Below are positions 50,845 to 61,208 of a stretch of 64,000 nucleotides of DNA, one piece after another (position 1 is the stretch's first letter; each line of letters opens with the position of its first letter). The notes below the pieces were generated by a model, which was not told the DNA's origin, did no database searches, and was given only the letters and a program-made list of their open reading frames with translations. This stretch comes from Candidatus Poribacteria bacterium (lineage in GTDB: Bacteria > Poribacteria > WGA-4E > WGA-3G), in assembly GCA_965197475.1 (NCBI GenBank), contig CBDANF010000003.1:1-64000 (forward strand), read 5' to 3'. The position numbers and the translations under genes are program-made.

Positions 50845-51725
50845 GCAAACCTCTAACACGCACGCAAATCAACGAGAAGAAATTCAGACGCATCAACGAT
50901 AAATCCCTACGACAGTTGCTTATCCATCGCTTTCTCAATGACTACGGGTATGACAAAGGCGAAGTCACTGCCACCGCCATTGTTGATGATATTCTCAAGA
51001 CCGTTGAAGACTATTTCGTAATTACCCTCCCCTTGGAAAAACTCGCCACCGGTGATCAACTCCCAGATGAGCGTTTCCTAAGTTATGGACAACTCGTTTG
51101 GATGGCCGTCCCTATTGATGAACATCCAGAAAGAGGAAAGTCCATCGTCAAAACTCGGATGAAACCCATCATCCTGACCTACCTCGCCGCAGAGGATATT
51201 GAATCTTTTAGAAACGGTTTCACCTCCCGGCAATTGCGGATCAATCGCTTGGTCCGCTGGTGTCATCAAGCTTATGACCAAGGGGCATTATTGACACAAC
51301 TCGACTTGGCAGTTTTGCTCAATGTCTGCGATGCCGTTGTCTGTGATTATGTTAATGAATGGCAAAAAACCACTGGAGAACTCTTGCCCACCCGTGGCAA
51401 TATCCATGACTTATCGGGGGCTATTACCCATAAGAAAGAGATCATAACCCTCTATCTTCAAGGACATCTCACCCCCAGGATTGCCGCAAAGACCAAACAC
51501 TCTAAGGAGGCAGTTGATAGATACATTCGCGATTATGAGAGCGTCAAAGTCGTTCGCACCGCTACCACAGATATTGATAAAATCTCACAGATCACCCGAC
51601 TTTCTAAACGCGTTATCACTCAATATCTGGACCTGATTCCGCAGCCCCAACTCCAAGCCATAGATGCAAACCTTGCCAATTCAGACTCAAACGATGAAGC
51701 CACTCACCAAGGAGAAGCCCAATGA
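50841..51725 (+). CDS. DUF1670 domain protein B (paralog, ATGA-coupled)
   Basis: AYDQGALLTQLDLA, PTRGNIHDLSGAITHK, HSKEAVDRY. Confidence 0.85.
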   Translation: MSKPLTRTQINEKKFRRINDKSLRQLLIHRFLNDYGYDKGEVTATAIVDDILKTVEDYFVITLPLEKLATGDQLPDERFLSYGQLVWMAVPIDEHPERGKSIVKTRMKPIILTYLAAEDIESFRNGFTSRQLRINRLVRWCHQAYDQGALLTQLDLAVLLNVCDAVVCDYVNEWQKTTGELLPTRGNIHDLSGAITHKKEIITLYLQGHLTPRIAAKTKHSKEAVDRYIRDYESVKVVRTATTDIDKISQITRLSKRVITQYLDLIPQPQLQAIDANLANSDSNDEATHQGEAQ

Positions 51726-51792
51726 GACCCTAATCCTATGTTCCCGACGAACTTTACTTCGCAAAACCGGGGCAGGTGCCTTGAAAATATGG

Positions 51793-51821
51793 TTGACAAC
51801 CGCTACCGGTTTTGCTATACT
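51793..51821 (+). promoter_or_regulatory. Near-consensus sigma70 promoter inside the element's right end
   Basis: TTGACA-17 nt-TATACT. Confidence 0.7.
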
Positions 51822-51952
51822 TTAGACACGTTTATCGCTAAACGCATCATTTCTCAAAGAGGATGCTCGCGATCCCAACGCAACCCACTCATCAACGATC
51901 GCTGGGAAGCCAATGAACATCAGCCTTCCAGCTATCCTATGGTCATTTGATA

Positions 51953-54049
51953 CTATTTTCTTATTAGCATTTTTCTGGTAGCAGTGAACTTGCCTACGGT
52001 TAACGTATAGAAATAGATTCCACTTGCCACAGGTTCACCCACATCATTTCTACCATTCCAATACGCCGCACGGCTGCGACTTTTATAGATACCAGCATCC
52101 TGATGTCCCAATACTAAGGTCTTAACTATTTTACCATTTGCAGCATAGATTGTCAAACTCACCTCAGCAGGTTTAGCAAGATGATAGGGTATCCACGTTT
52201 CTGGATTAAACGGATTCGGATAGTTTGCAAGCAGCTTTGTTTTTTCAGGAGTCAACGATGTTAGAAGCCTCTGGAGATTCGCTATGCCCTTTCGAAAAAC
52301 AATAGAACCGTCGTTTTCTATCTGCGCCTGCGTTATCCATGCTCGTATCATTGCGGGCATTAATTCTTCACTATTTATCACAACAAGATTCATATCAATG
52401 CCACGGTTGGTAATTAATGTCGGAGCAGATGCGGTTGTCTCACCTATATGCTGTGCAACAGCGATGAGGTCTAAGATGCCGATCGTCCCATCGCTGTCCA
52501 CGTCAGCTTGTGGCGTGACGGATGCATCTTTTCCCAAGTATTGTGCCACCTGCATTAGATCTAAAATGCTCACTTGCTCATCCTGATTTACATCCCAAGG
52601 CAAGAACACACGCTCTTCCACAGTGATAACAAAATCAGGAATGCTCAGAGAAATTGTTACCAAGTCACTTGAACCTGCATATAAGTTGGTAAGTGTTACT
52701 TGCGCTTCGCCAATCGCCTTTGCCATAAACGTTACCGACAGCAGCTTGCCTGTGCCGCTTACGCCGTCTCTGCTCAGACTTATCGCGCCGAGTCCGGTGA
52801 TTTTCCCTGCTGTGTTATCAATCGTGCTTTCAAGAAAGAATGTCGTTCTATCATCTTTCTTCAAGAAATCACCTTCGCTCACCTCAACTGCTTCAAGGGC
52901 AGCAGGGTCAAATACAATATTACATAACCATCCCGCTAAATCAGTGGTGTTTTCTACGTTGAGATGTAGTGTAAACGTATCATCAACGCGAACAGGGAGT
53001 TCATCTATAGAAAAAGAGAGATTGGCACTATTCACATCCGATACGGTGATCACAATCTCTGGAATACTCAGAGGAATTGCTACCGACTCGCTTGAATCTG
53101 CATATAGGTTGTTAAGCGTGACTTGTGCTTCGCCAATCGCCTTTGCTACAAATGTCACCGACAACAATCTGCCTGTGCCGCTTCCCCCGTCTCTGCTCCG
53201 GCTTACCGAGCCGAGTCCGGTGATTTTCCCTGCTGTGTTATCAATCGTGCTTTTGAGAAAGATGGTTGTTGCATCGCCTTCTTTCAAGAAATCGCCTTCG
53301 ACCACTTCAACAGCTTCAAACACATTCGGGTCAAACACAATATCACATTGCCAACTGGCTAAGTTGGTGATTTCATCTGCATTTAGATAAAGCGTAAATG
53401 TATCTCCGATGACAACAGATGTCGTATCAATGGAAAAGGAAAATCTGGGATCGCTCTCATCCAATTCGGGTTGCTCTTCCACAGTGATGACAATCTCTGG
53501 AATACTCAGAGTCAGAGGAATTATCTCTAAAACACCCGCCTCTGAGACATTACTCGAACCTGCCTTTAAGTTAGCAAGAGTGACCTGCGCTTCGCCAATC
53601 GCCTTTGCCACAAATGCTACCGACAACAATTTGCCTGTGCCACTAACACCACCTTTGGAAGTTCGTGCCGCGCCGAGATCAGTGATTTTCCCTGCTGTGT
53701 TATCAATTGCGCTTACAAGAAAGTGGGTTTTTCCACTACCTCCTTTCAAGAAGTCGCCTTCAACCACTTCAACTGCTTCAAGCACATTGGGGTCAAATAC
53801 TATATTACATTGCCATCCTGCTAAATCGGTGACGTTTTCTACATTCAGATGCAACGTAAACGTATTGTCAACGTGTACGGGTGTTTCATCTATAGAAAAG
53901 GAGAGTAGTGCTTCTTCAACAGCGGTAGGTTGATTATCGTCAGGGATGTTAACATTTTGTGCCACTATTGTAAGTGGAAACATCAAAAACAACATTGCAC
54001 AAATCCCAAAAGTGTAAACAAAATTATATTTTTCATTAACTATATCCAT
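51953..54049 (-). CDS. Secreted protein: 3x cohesin + dockerin-like + FlgD/T9SS-like C-terminal domain
   Basis: Three LAGWQCNIVFDP..IDNTAGKIT..GTGKLLSV repeats; DVNQD/DVDSDG loops; LANYPNPFNPETWIPY...ASGIYFY. Confidence 0.88.
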   Translation of the reverse strand: MDIVNEKYNFVYTFGICAMLFLMFPLTIVAQNVNIPDDNQPTAVEEALLSFSIDETPVHVDNTFTLHLNVENVTDLAGWQCNIVFDPNVLEAVEVVEGDFLKGGSGKTHFLVSAIDNTAGKITDLGAARTSKGGVSGTGKLLSVAFVAKAIGEAQVTLANLKAGSSNVSEAGVLEIIPLTLSIPEIVITVEEQPELDESDPRFSFSIDTTSVVIGDTFTLYLNADEITNLASWQCDIVFDPNVFEAVEVVEGDFLKEGDATTIFLKSTIDNTAGKITGLGSVSRSRDGGSGTGRLLSVTFVAKAIGEAQVTLNNLYADSSESVAIPLSIPEIVITVSDVNSANLSFSIDELPVRVDDTFTLHLNVENTTDLAGWLCNIVFDPAALEAVEVSEGDFLKKDDRTTFFLESTIDNTAGKITGLGAISLSRDGVSGTGKLLSVTFMAKAIGEAQVTLTNLYAGSSDLVTISLSIPDFVITVEERVFLPWDVNQDEQVSILDLMQVAQYLGKDASVTPQADVDSDGTIGILDLIAVAQHIGETTASAPTLITNRGIDMNLVVINSEELMPAMIRAWITQAQIENDGSIVFRKGIANLQRLLTSLTPEKTKLLANYPNPFNPETWIPYHLAKPAEVSLTIYAANGKIVKTLVLGHQDAGIYKSRSRAAYWNGRNDVGEPVASGIYFYTLTVGKFTATRKMLIRK

Positions 54050-54231
54050 TCAGCTATATCTCCTTCTATCAAAACTTTAGGAAAGTCTTATTTTATCACG
54101 CTTCCAATACCAAATTCCAATGCTACATTTTCGCTTGAATCTATAGAATCAAACCGAAAATCACCTGCCATTTTTCTCATGATGCCATTATAACATGAAC
54201 CGCTATAAATGGCAAGAATTTGACGATTAAT

Positions 54232-54260
54232 TTGCAATTGTCAAGAAAATGTATTATAAT
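54232..54260 (+). promoter_or_regulatory. Promoter of the tRNA operon
   Basis: TTGCAA-17 nt-TATAAT. Confidence 0.65.
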
Positions 54261-54295
54261 ATAAGCACCTAATTTTAAGAGATGTCTTACACTAT

Positions 54296-54371
<76 letters not shown>

Positions 54372-54378
54372 TCCGCAT

Positions 54379-54452
<74 letters not shown>

Positions 54453-54462
54453 TATTGAACAC

Positions 54463-54535
54463 GGTGGATGTAGCTCAGGGGTAGAGTGCCTGACTGTGGA
54501 TCAGGAGGCCGTGGGTTCAATCCCCATCATCCACC
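54463..54535 (+). tRNA. tRNA-His(GTG)
   Basis: CCTGA-CT-GTG-GA-TCAGG; encoded G-1 and C73. Confidence 0.93.
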
Positions 54536-54545
54536 TTTTTAGGAT

Positions 54546-54618
54546 GCGTCCGTAGTTCAATGGATAGAGCAATAGCCTTCGGAGCTATAAGTTGGGGGTT
54601 CGAATCCCTCCGGACGCG
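54546..54618 (+). tRNA. tRNA-Arg(TCG)
   Basis: ATAGC-CT-TCG-GA-GCTAT. Confidence 0.92.
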
Positions 54619-54619
54619 G

Positions 54620-54692
54620 GTGCCGTTAGCTCAATTGGCAGAGCATCTGACTCTTAATCAGAGGGTTGAAGGTTCGATTCCTTCACGGCGCA
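54620..54692 (+). tRNA. tRNA-Lys(CTT)
   Basis: TCTGA-CT-CTT-AA-TCAGA. Confidence 0.95.
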
Positions 54693-54707
54693 TCGGTTCT
54701 GCAAAAA

Positions 54708-54792
54708 GGGCGGGTGCTGGAATTGGTAGACAGGATAGACTTAGGATCTATTGGGGTTATGCCTCGTGAGGGTTCAAGTCCCTCCTCGCCCA
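54708..54792 (+). tRNA. tRNA-Leu(TAG)
   Basis: ATAGA-CT-TAG-GA-TCTAT; long variable arm. Confidence 0.93.
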
Positions 54793-54949
54793 TCCCACAG
54801 TACTGCCGAGGTGTCGTAAGAAAATTGAAGCAAGTCTTTATCCTTGAAACGTGAGATGCTTTGCCGCAGTCCTATTAGAGAATAGAGACTTGACAAGACA
54901 GTACTGCACCAGATAGACCTTTTTGTCCGCTGACAAGGGAGATTCTAAC

Positions 54950-56257
54950 TTGAGAGTTGAAGTCGAAACGCTGGATAGCACGCAAGTCAAAATAGAAATT
55001 GAGGTACCTGCGGAGGAAGTAAACGAAGCATTACAAGAAGCGTACCAAGTCTTGCGTAGTTATGTATCGTTGCCGGGTTTCAGAAAAGGACGAGTGCCTT
55101 TAGCCATACTTAAGTCCCGATTCCCAGAACATATCAATAACGAAGTCGTAAGGCAGCTTGTTTTTCCTGCTTACGAAGATGCACTGATTACTAAACACCT
55201 CATTCCCCTTGCACAACCGACTTTCGACCCATCCTTGGATCAGCTGAAAGTCGCAGAAAATCATCCTCTCGTTTTCACTGCCACCGTTAATATAAAACCG
55301 ACTTTTGAACTTCCAAATTATGAGGAGATCGAAACAGACAAGACACCGATCAACGTGCCGCGTGAAGACGTGGAGGCTTTTATTGCAGAGTTACAACAGA
55401 AATCGGCAACTTTTGATCCGATTGAGGAAGACCGACCTATCCAAGCATCAGATTGTGTAAGGATAGATTGGACATGCTCCGTAGACAGCGAAGAACTTGA
55501 AAGCGAATCAGGACAGGATGTAGATATTGACCTAACAAAGAAAGATTTTCACAACGACCTAATAAACGGTCTAATTGGAATGCGTATTGGTGAAACAAAG
55601 TCAATTAAGGTCAGTTTTGATACCACACACCGCGCACCTGAACTGGCTGGAAAACAGGCGATATACAATGTAACACTGCACGCAATCACACAAAAACACC
55701 TACCGCAACTTGATGATGAGTTCGCGAAAGACCTCGGTTATGAGACCTATAACCAGTTGCATGGTGTTATCTGGAACAATTTAGTTGAAGAGGAACGAAT
55801 TCAGCATATTGATAAGCAAAAAGTTGAAATACTGGAGCAGCTTATTGAAAAGACAAACATAACAATCCCCGATGAATTGGTTGACCAATACGTGCAGCAA
55901 TCTTTACAAAATGTGCATAAGCAGCTAAAAGCACAGCACCAAACACCCGAAGAAGCAGGCGTTGATTTGGAGGCGTTGCCTTCAGAATTAAGACGAGACG
56001 TAATTCAGCAGACAAAACAGAATTGGATTTTTGATGAAATAGCCGATTTTGAAGGTATTTACGTGAGTGATGATGAATTGGAGTGGGAGATTCGCCGCGC
56101 TGCGGAACAACAGAATCGAGATGCCCAAAAATATGCCGATTTGTTGAAGGCGAGCAATCGTTTAGAAGATTTCAGGGTGCAATTACAGCATGAGAAAATT
56201 TATCAGTTTTTAATTCAACAAGCATCAGCGAAAAAATCATTGATTATTACCAGATAG
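54950..56257 (+). CDS. tig: Trigger factor
   Basis: LPGFRKGRVP, LDDEFAKDLG; upstream of clpP; probable TTG start after AAGGGAG. Confidence 0.92.
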   Translation: MRVEVETLDSTQVKIEIEVPAEEVNEALQEAYQVLRSYVSLPGFRKGRVPLAILKSRFPEHINNEVVRQLVFPAYEDALITKHLIPLAQPTFDPSLDQLKVAENHPLVFTATVNIKPTFELPNYEEIETDKTPINVPREDVEAFIAELQQKSATFDPIEEDRPIQASDCVRIDWTCSVDSEELESESGQDVDIDLTKKDFHNDLINGLIGMRIGETKSIKVSFDTTHRAPELAGKQAIYNVTLHAITQKHLPQLDDEFAKDLGYETYNQLHGVIWNNLVEEERIQHIDKQKVEILEQLIEKTNITIPDELVDQYVQQSLQNVHKQLKAQHQTPEEAGVDLEALPSELRRDVIQQTKQNWIFDEIADFEGIYVSDDELEWEIRRAAEQQNRDAQKYADLLKASNRLEDFRVQLQHEKIYQFLIQQASAKKSLIITR

Positions 56258-56401
56258 TTTCAAAGTATCTGAGTTACAAGCACATATTGGTCCCGCATTC
56301 GCTATCTTTACCACCTTATTTGATAAAATAAAAATCGTTAGCTGCTTCATAAATTTTTAATATAACAAGAATATAATATACATCACCCTACGGACACGAA
56401 A

Positions 56402-56992
56402 ATGAATCTTGTACCCTTTGTTGTTGAACAGACAAACCGAGGCGAACGGTCCTATGACATCTATTCTCGGTTGCTTGAAGACCGAATTATCATGGTTGGT
56501 ACTACGATTGCGGATGATACTGTAGCAAATCTGGTTACTGCGCAAATGCTTTTCCTTGAAGGAAAAGACCCGGATGCGGATATTATCCTTTATCTGAATA
56601 CACCAGGAGGTTCGGTTTCAGCGGGTTTAGCAATTTACGACACCATGCAGTATATCAAGGCGGATGTGCAAACGTGGTGTTTAGGACGGGCCTACAGCAT
56701 GGGGGCTGTCCTATTGGCTGCCGGAACCCCCGGCAAACGATACGCATTGCCACATGCAAAAGCACTGATTCATCAACCTATGGCAGGTGGAATTGGTGGG
56801 CAAGCAACGGATATCAGCATCTACGCCAACGAAATTTTGAGGGAACGGGAACGGCTTTACACTATTTTAGCGCGACATACTGGGCAAAACTTCGCAAAAA
56901 TCGAAACAGATGCCGATAGGGATTTTTATATGACAGCAGAAGAAGCACTTGAATACGGCATCATTGATACAGTTGTCGCCCATCGTCAATAG
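56402..56992 (+). CDS. clpP: ATP-dependent Clp protease proteolytic subunit
   Basis: [29 protein letters not shown]. Confidence 0.97.
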   Translation: MNLVPFVVEQTNRGERSYDIYSRLLEDRIIMVGTTIADDTVANLVTAQMLFLEGKDPDADIILYLNTPGGSVSAGLAIYDTMQYIKADVQTWCLGRAYSMGAVLLAAGTPGKRYALPHAKALIHQPMAGGIGGQATDISIYANEILRERERLYTILARHTGQNFAKIETDADRDFYMTAEEALEYGIIDTVVAHRQ

Positions 56993-57064
56993 AATAAATT
57001 AAGGGTATGCCTCCACACGATACATCAAAACGACATACCCACGTTATTGAAAGTCAGAGGAAAA

Positions 57065-58354
57065 ATGTCAGAATCCATTGATGGTAGAGTGTTTTGTTCA
57101 TTCTGTAATAGAGAACGCAGCCAAGTAGGTCAACTTCTCCAGGGAGTTGAGGCGAAGATATGCGACGTATGCATTGATCAATGTAATAGAATACTCGCCA
57201 ATGGAAATCCCGCCGTAGATTTACCAGAACCACTCCCCGACGTTGAGGATCCGAGCGAGGAAGATATTGAGCCTCCCGTGTTACTTCTTGAACCATCTGA
57301 GATTAAAGCGAAACTTGATGAATATGTAATCGGACAAGAACACGCCAAAAAAATCCTTTCCGTCGCTGTTTACACACACTATAAACGCTTGCAGCATGAT
57401 AACACAAGTGATATTGAATTGGATAAAAGCAACATTCTGTTGATAGGTCCCACTGGGACAGGTAAAACGCTGCTCGCGCAGACCCTCGCTAAGGTATTAA
57501 ACGTTCCCTTTGCTATCGCCGATGCAACTACCGTCACTGAAGCCGGTTACGTTGGTGAAGACGTAGAAAACATAATCCTAAAACTGGTTCAAGCTGCAGA
57601 TGGCAACATCAAACGTGCCCAAAATGGCATTATTTACATAGATGAAATAGACAAAATCACCCGAAAATCCGAAAATCCATCTATTACTCGCGATGTTTCT
57701 GGTGAAGGCGTGCAGCAAGCACTCCTCAAAATCTTAGAAGGCACCGTGGCTAACGTTCCTCCCCGTGGTGGGCGGAAACACCCACATCAAGAGATGTTAG
57801 AAGTTGATACAAAAAACGTTCTTTTTATCTGCGGTGGCACTTTCATCGGATTAGAGAACCTTATTAATGATCGACTCGGAAAACGGAGTATCGGCTTTGG
57901 GTCAGTGATTCAATCCAAACAGAAACAAAAAATTCACGAAATTCTTGAACATGCTACCGCTAAAGACCTGAGCAAGTATGGATTTATTCCTGAACTCATT
58001 GGGAGATTACCTATTGTTGCGATTCTCCATGAATTGGATGAACCCGCACTCATTAGAATTCTGACCGAACCCAAAAACGCACTTGTTAAACAATATAGGC
58101 AACTTTTAGCGTACGAAGGTGTGCAATTTGATGTAACCGATGATGCGCTCTCTGCAATTGCGCATCAAGTAATAGAACGTGAAACAGGCGCGCGCGGCTT
58201 ACGGGCAGTCATGGAAAAGATCATGCTTGATACAATGTATCAGATACCCTCACTTTCCGAAGTACACGCTTGTCAGATAACCGAAGATAGCGTCTTAGGA
58301 AAAAGTCCTCCTGAATTAATTAACACTGCATCTGAAGTTCTTAAAACCGCGTAA
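57065..58354 (+). CDS. clpX: ATP-dependent Clp protease ATP-binding subunit
   Basis: CSFC Zn finger, [25 protein letters not shown] loop. Confidence 0.97.
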   Translation: MSESIDGRVFCSFCNRERSQVGQLLQGVEAKICDVCIDQCNRILANGNPAVDLPEPLPDVEDPSEEDIEPPVLLLEPSEIKAKLDEYVIGQEHAKKILSVAVYTHYKRLQHDNTSDIELDKSNILLIGPTGTGKTLLAQTLAKVLNVPFAIADATTVTEAGYVGEDVENIILKLVQAADGNIKRAQNGIIYIDEIDKITRKSENPSITRDVSGEGVQQALLKILEGTVANVPPRGGRKHPHQEMLEVDTKNVLFICGGTFIGLENLINDRLGKRSIGFGSVIQSKQKQKIHEILEHATAKDLSKYGFIPELIGRLPIVAILHELDEPALIRILTEPKNALVKQYRQLLAYEGVQFDVTDDALSAIAHQVIERETGARGLRAVMEKIMLDTMYQIPSLSEVHACQITEDSVLGKSPPELINTASEVLKTA

Positions 58355-58365
58355 AGGAGCAAACC

Positions 58366-60858
58366 ATGAACCCAGAATCTGAAAGACTCGCCAGCGATTC
58401 GGATGTCTTTTTGCCTGTTATCGCTTTACCAGCAGATTTTGAGACCTTTTTTCCAAAAACTAAAACTATCGTTGACCAAAGATTAAGGGATTGGACACCG
58501 TTGCGTATTGCAAGAAAAACGAATATCCTTGCCGCGCGGACAGCACTCAACACAAATTTGAAGGTCTTGCTCATCCATCAAAAAAAGGAACTTGAGGAAA
58601 ATGTTGAACCGCAGCTAGAGGACCTCCATACCATCGGGATTGTAGCGACCATTGTCCATGACTATGACCCAGGAGATGGAACACTACATATCGCAATTGA
58701 GACATCCTATCGTGCTATAGCCGCCCACTGTACACTGGTTGATGGTTACTTGAGGGCATCAGTCAAAATCGTTTCTGAACTCACAGGTGTAGCAGATGCC
58801 GCTGTATCATTCATAAAAGAAGCGAGAACTGCTTTTCAAAGTTATGCTAAGGCAAATCCAAAGCTTATTCTACCCGATGCAGAAAGACACATTCGTGACT
58901 TAACGGAGCCCGGTATCCTTGCAGACAACATAGCACGTTTTGCTGACATTCCTTCCCCGAAACGGCAAGAAATCCTTGAAGAATTGAACCCTATCAAACG
59001 GCTCAATTTTGTCACCGCACTCCTTGAAGCTGACCTTGACCTAATTGATCTGGAGGAAGAAATTCTCAGCGAGGTTAGCGAGTCCGTTAAGAAAACCAAT
59101 CGTGAATTCTATCTACAAGAGCAGCTAAAAGTCATCCAACGGAAACTCGGCCGCGGGGATGAAATTGATGAGATTGATGACTTGCGCGAACAGGTGAAAA
59201 ATGCTGGCATGACTGAAGAAGCGGAGAAGAAGGCACTGAAGGAGCTTGACCGTCTGGCACAAATACCGCCTATGTCCGCAGAGTCCGGCGTTATTCGCAA
59301 CTACGTCGATTGGCTCCTTGCTGTCCCGTGGAAAGATCGCACAGAAAATACCGTTGAACTTGATCAAGCAGAAAAGATTCTCGACGAAGACCACTATGGA
59401 TTAGATAAACCTAAAACTAATGTTTTAGAATACCTTGCTGTCCTGAAATTGGTTGAGCAGTTGAAAGGACCCATTCTCTGTTTAGTGGGTCCCCCAGGCG
59501 TTGGCAAAACATCGTTGGGCAAATCAATAGCGCGCGCAACCGGTAGAAAATTTGTCCGTATGTCCCTTGGTGGTGTGCGTGATGAAGCCGAAATCCGTGG
59601 GCACCGCCGCACCTATATCGGGGCGATCCCAGGACGTATTATTCAAGGATTGCGTGATGTCAAAACGAAAAACCCGCTCTTCCTGCTTGATGAAATTGAT
59701 AAACTGAGTTCTGACTGGCGCGGTGACCCCGCCTCAGCACTCCTTGAAGTGCTTGACCCAGAACAGAATGAAACCTTCCGAGACCACTACTTGGACGTTG
59801 AGTTTGACCTCTCGGATGTTATGTTCGTTACCACTGCTAATACGCGTATCACGATACCAGCCGCGCTTGAGGATCGGATGGAAGTTATTGAACTAGCTGG
59901 TTATACCGATTTTGAGAAACATAAAATAGCAACGTTTCATCCAAACGGGCTAATTCCAAAGCAGTTGAATAGCCATGGTCTGAAGGAAGAAAATGTTGCG
60001 TTTGCGGATTCTGCCATTTTTGACATAGTCCACAAATACACCCGTGAAGCAGGTGTGCGAAGTCTTGAACGCAGTATTACCAGTATCTGCCGAAAAATAG
60101 CAAAGCAGATTGTTACTGACGATTCACCGGACCTAAAGGTTAAGGTTACCAATCTCAATTTAAGTGACTACCTCGGACCGCCAAAATGGACTCGTACCAA
60201 GGCACAAGAACATGATGAAGTCGGTGTCTCAACAGGAATGGTCTGGACACAGGTCGGCGGCGATATTGTCTCGGTTGAAGCGACCCTTATGCCTGGTAAG
60301 GGCAAGTTAAATATGACAGGACAACTCCAAGATGTCATGCAGGAATCTGTCCAAACAGCTGTAGCCTATTTCCGATCACGCGCTGCACATTTTGACATCC
60401 CTAAAGAGACCTTTGAGAAAAATGATATTCATATTCATATTCCGGAAGGGGCAGTACCTAAAGACGGACCTTCTGCAGGTATCACTGTCGCTACCGCGAT
60501 TCTCAGTGCCATAACCCAGAGAAAGGTGCGAAAAGATGTCGCGATGACAGGTGAAATAACCCTCCGTGGGCATGTCCTCCCAATCGGCGGACTCAAAGAA
60601 AAGGCACTCGCAGCCTATCGTAACGGCATCGTTGACATCATAATGCCGGACGAAAATGAGAAAGACCTTGCTGATATCCCAAGTGAAATTCGGGAAAATA
60701 TCCGATGGCATCAGGTTAACGACATAAAACAGGTACTTGAGTTAGCACTGAAAAGCGAAACTGAGGACGAACCTGAAAACGAGCATGAAGGAATCGCTCC
60801 TGCTACTGAAGACGCAACGTTACAGAATCCAGATGTAATCGGTCAGACTGGAAACTGA
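58366..60858 (+). CDS. lon: Lon protease
   Basis: [34 protein letters not shown]. Confidence 0.97.
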   Translation: MNPESERLASDSDVFLPVIALPADFETFFPKTKTIVDQRLRDWTPLRIARKTNILAARTALNTNLKVLLIHQKKELEENVEPQLEDLHTIGIVATIVHDYDPGDGTLHIAIETSYRAIAAHCTLVDGYLRASVKIVSELTGVADAAVSFIKEARTAFQSYAKANPKLILPDAERHIRDLTEPGILADNIARFADIPSPKRQEILEELNPIKRLNFVTALLEADLDLIDLEEEILSEVSESVKKTNREFYLQEQLKVIQRKLGRGDEIDEIDDLREQVKNAGMTEEAEKKALKELDRLAQIPPMSAESGVIRNYVDWLLAVPWKDRTENTVELDQAEKILDEDHYGLDKPKTNVLEYLAVLKLVEQLKGPILCLVGPPGVGKTSLGKSIARATGRKFVRMSLGGVRDEAEIRGHRRTYIGAIPGRIIQGLRDVKTKNPLFLLDEIDKLSSDWRGDPASALLEVLDPEQNETFRDHYLDVEFDLSDVMFVTTANTRITIPAALEDRMEVIELAGYTDFEKHKIATFHPNGLIPKQLNSHGLKEENVAFADSAIFDIVHKYTREAGVRSLERSITSICRKIAKQIVTDDSPDLKVKVTNLNLSDYLGPPKWTRTKAQEHDEVGVSTGMVWTQVGGDIVSVEATLMPGKGKLNMTGQLQDVMQESVQTAVAYFRSRAAHFDIPKETFEKNDIHIHIPEGAVPKDGPSAGITVATAILSAITQRKVRKDVAMTGEITLRGHVLPIGGLKEKALAAYRNGIVDIIMPDENEKDLADIPSEIRENIRWHQVNDIKQVLELALKSETEDEPENEHEGIAPATEDATLQNPDVIGQTGN

Positions 60859-60899
60859 TATGCGATTGAGACAAGATAAGCCTGGGCGTACATAGGAAA

Positions 60900-61163
60900 A
60901 TGCGAGTAGACAAATTTCTGCAAATTTCACGACTCGTCAAAAGGCGAACTGCTGCGAATACATTATGTAACCGAGGTAATGTTTTAGTCAACATGAACCC
61001 AACAAAAGCGGGAAAAATGCTTAAGGTCGGTGATAGAATTACAATTATTGCAGATCGACTTCCTACAGAGGATGCAGAACAGTTGACGTACGAGGTGTTA
61101 AAGATTCCGACAGGGAATGTGCCGAAAACCCATGCGGCAACACTGTATCGTCGTGTTGAGTAG
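60900..61163 (+). CDS. S4 RNA-binding protein (YabO/HslR-like)
   Basis: MRVDKFLQISRLVKRRT..LKVGD. Confidence 0.88.
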   Translation: MRVDKFLQISRLVKRRTAANTLCNRGNVLVNMNPTKAGKMLKVGDRITIIADRLPTEDAEQLTYEVLKIPTGNVPKTHAATLYRRVE

Positions 61164-61208
61164 GTTATAGTAGAACAATTGATCGTTCATATTCCATATT
61201 AATCAAAT

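Larger units (their letters stand above)
49953..51950 (+). mobile_element. Putative IS-like element carrying two DUF1670 genes
   Basis: Perfect 10-bp TIR TCAAATGACC; TA on both outer sides within G-TA...TA-C context. Confidence 0.7.

Noticed and set aside
51738-51950. 70-aa third gene in the DUF1670 element
   Set aside because: No RBS or motif, and it overlaps the internal promoter and hairpins; treated as non-coding
52284-53933. Long repeated plus-strand ORFs
   Set aside because: Antisense shadows of the cohesin repeats
54560-54854. Short ORFs over the tRNA cluster
   Set aside because: Shadow translations of tRNA genes
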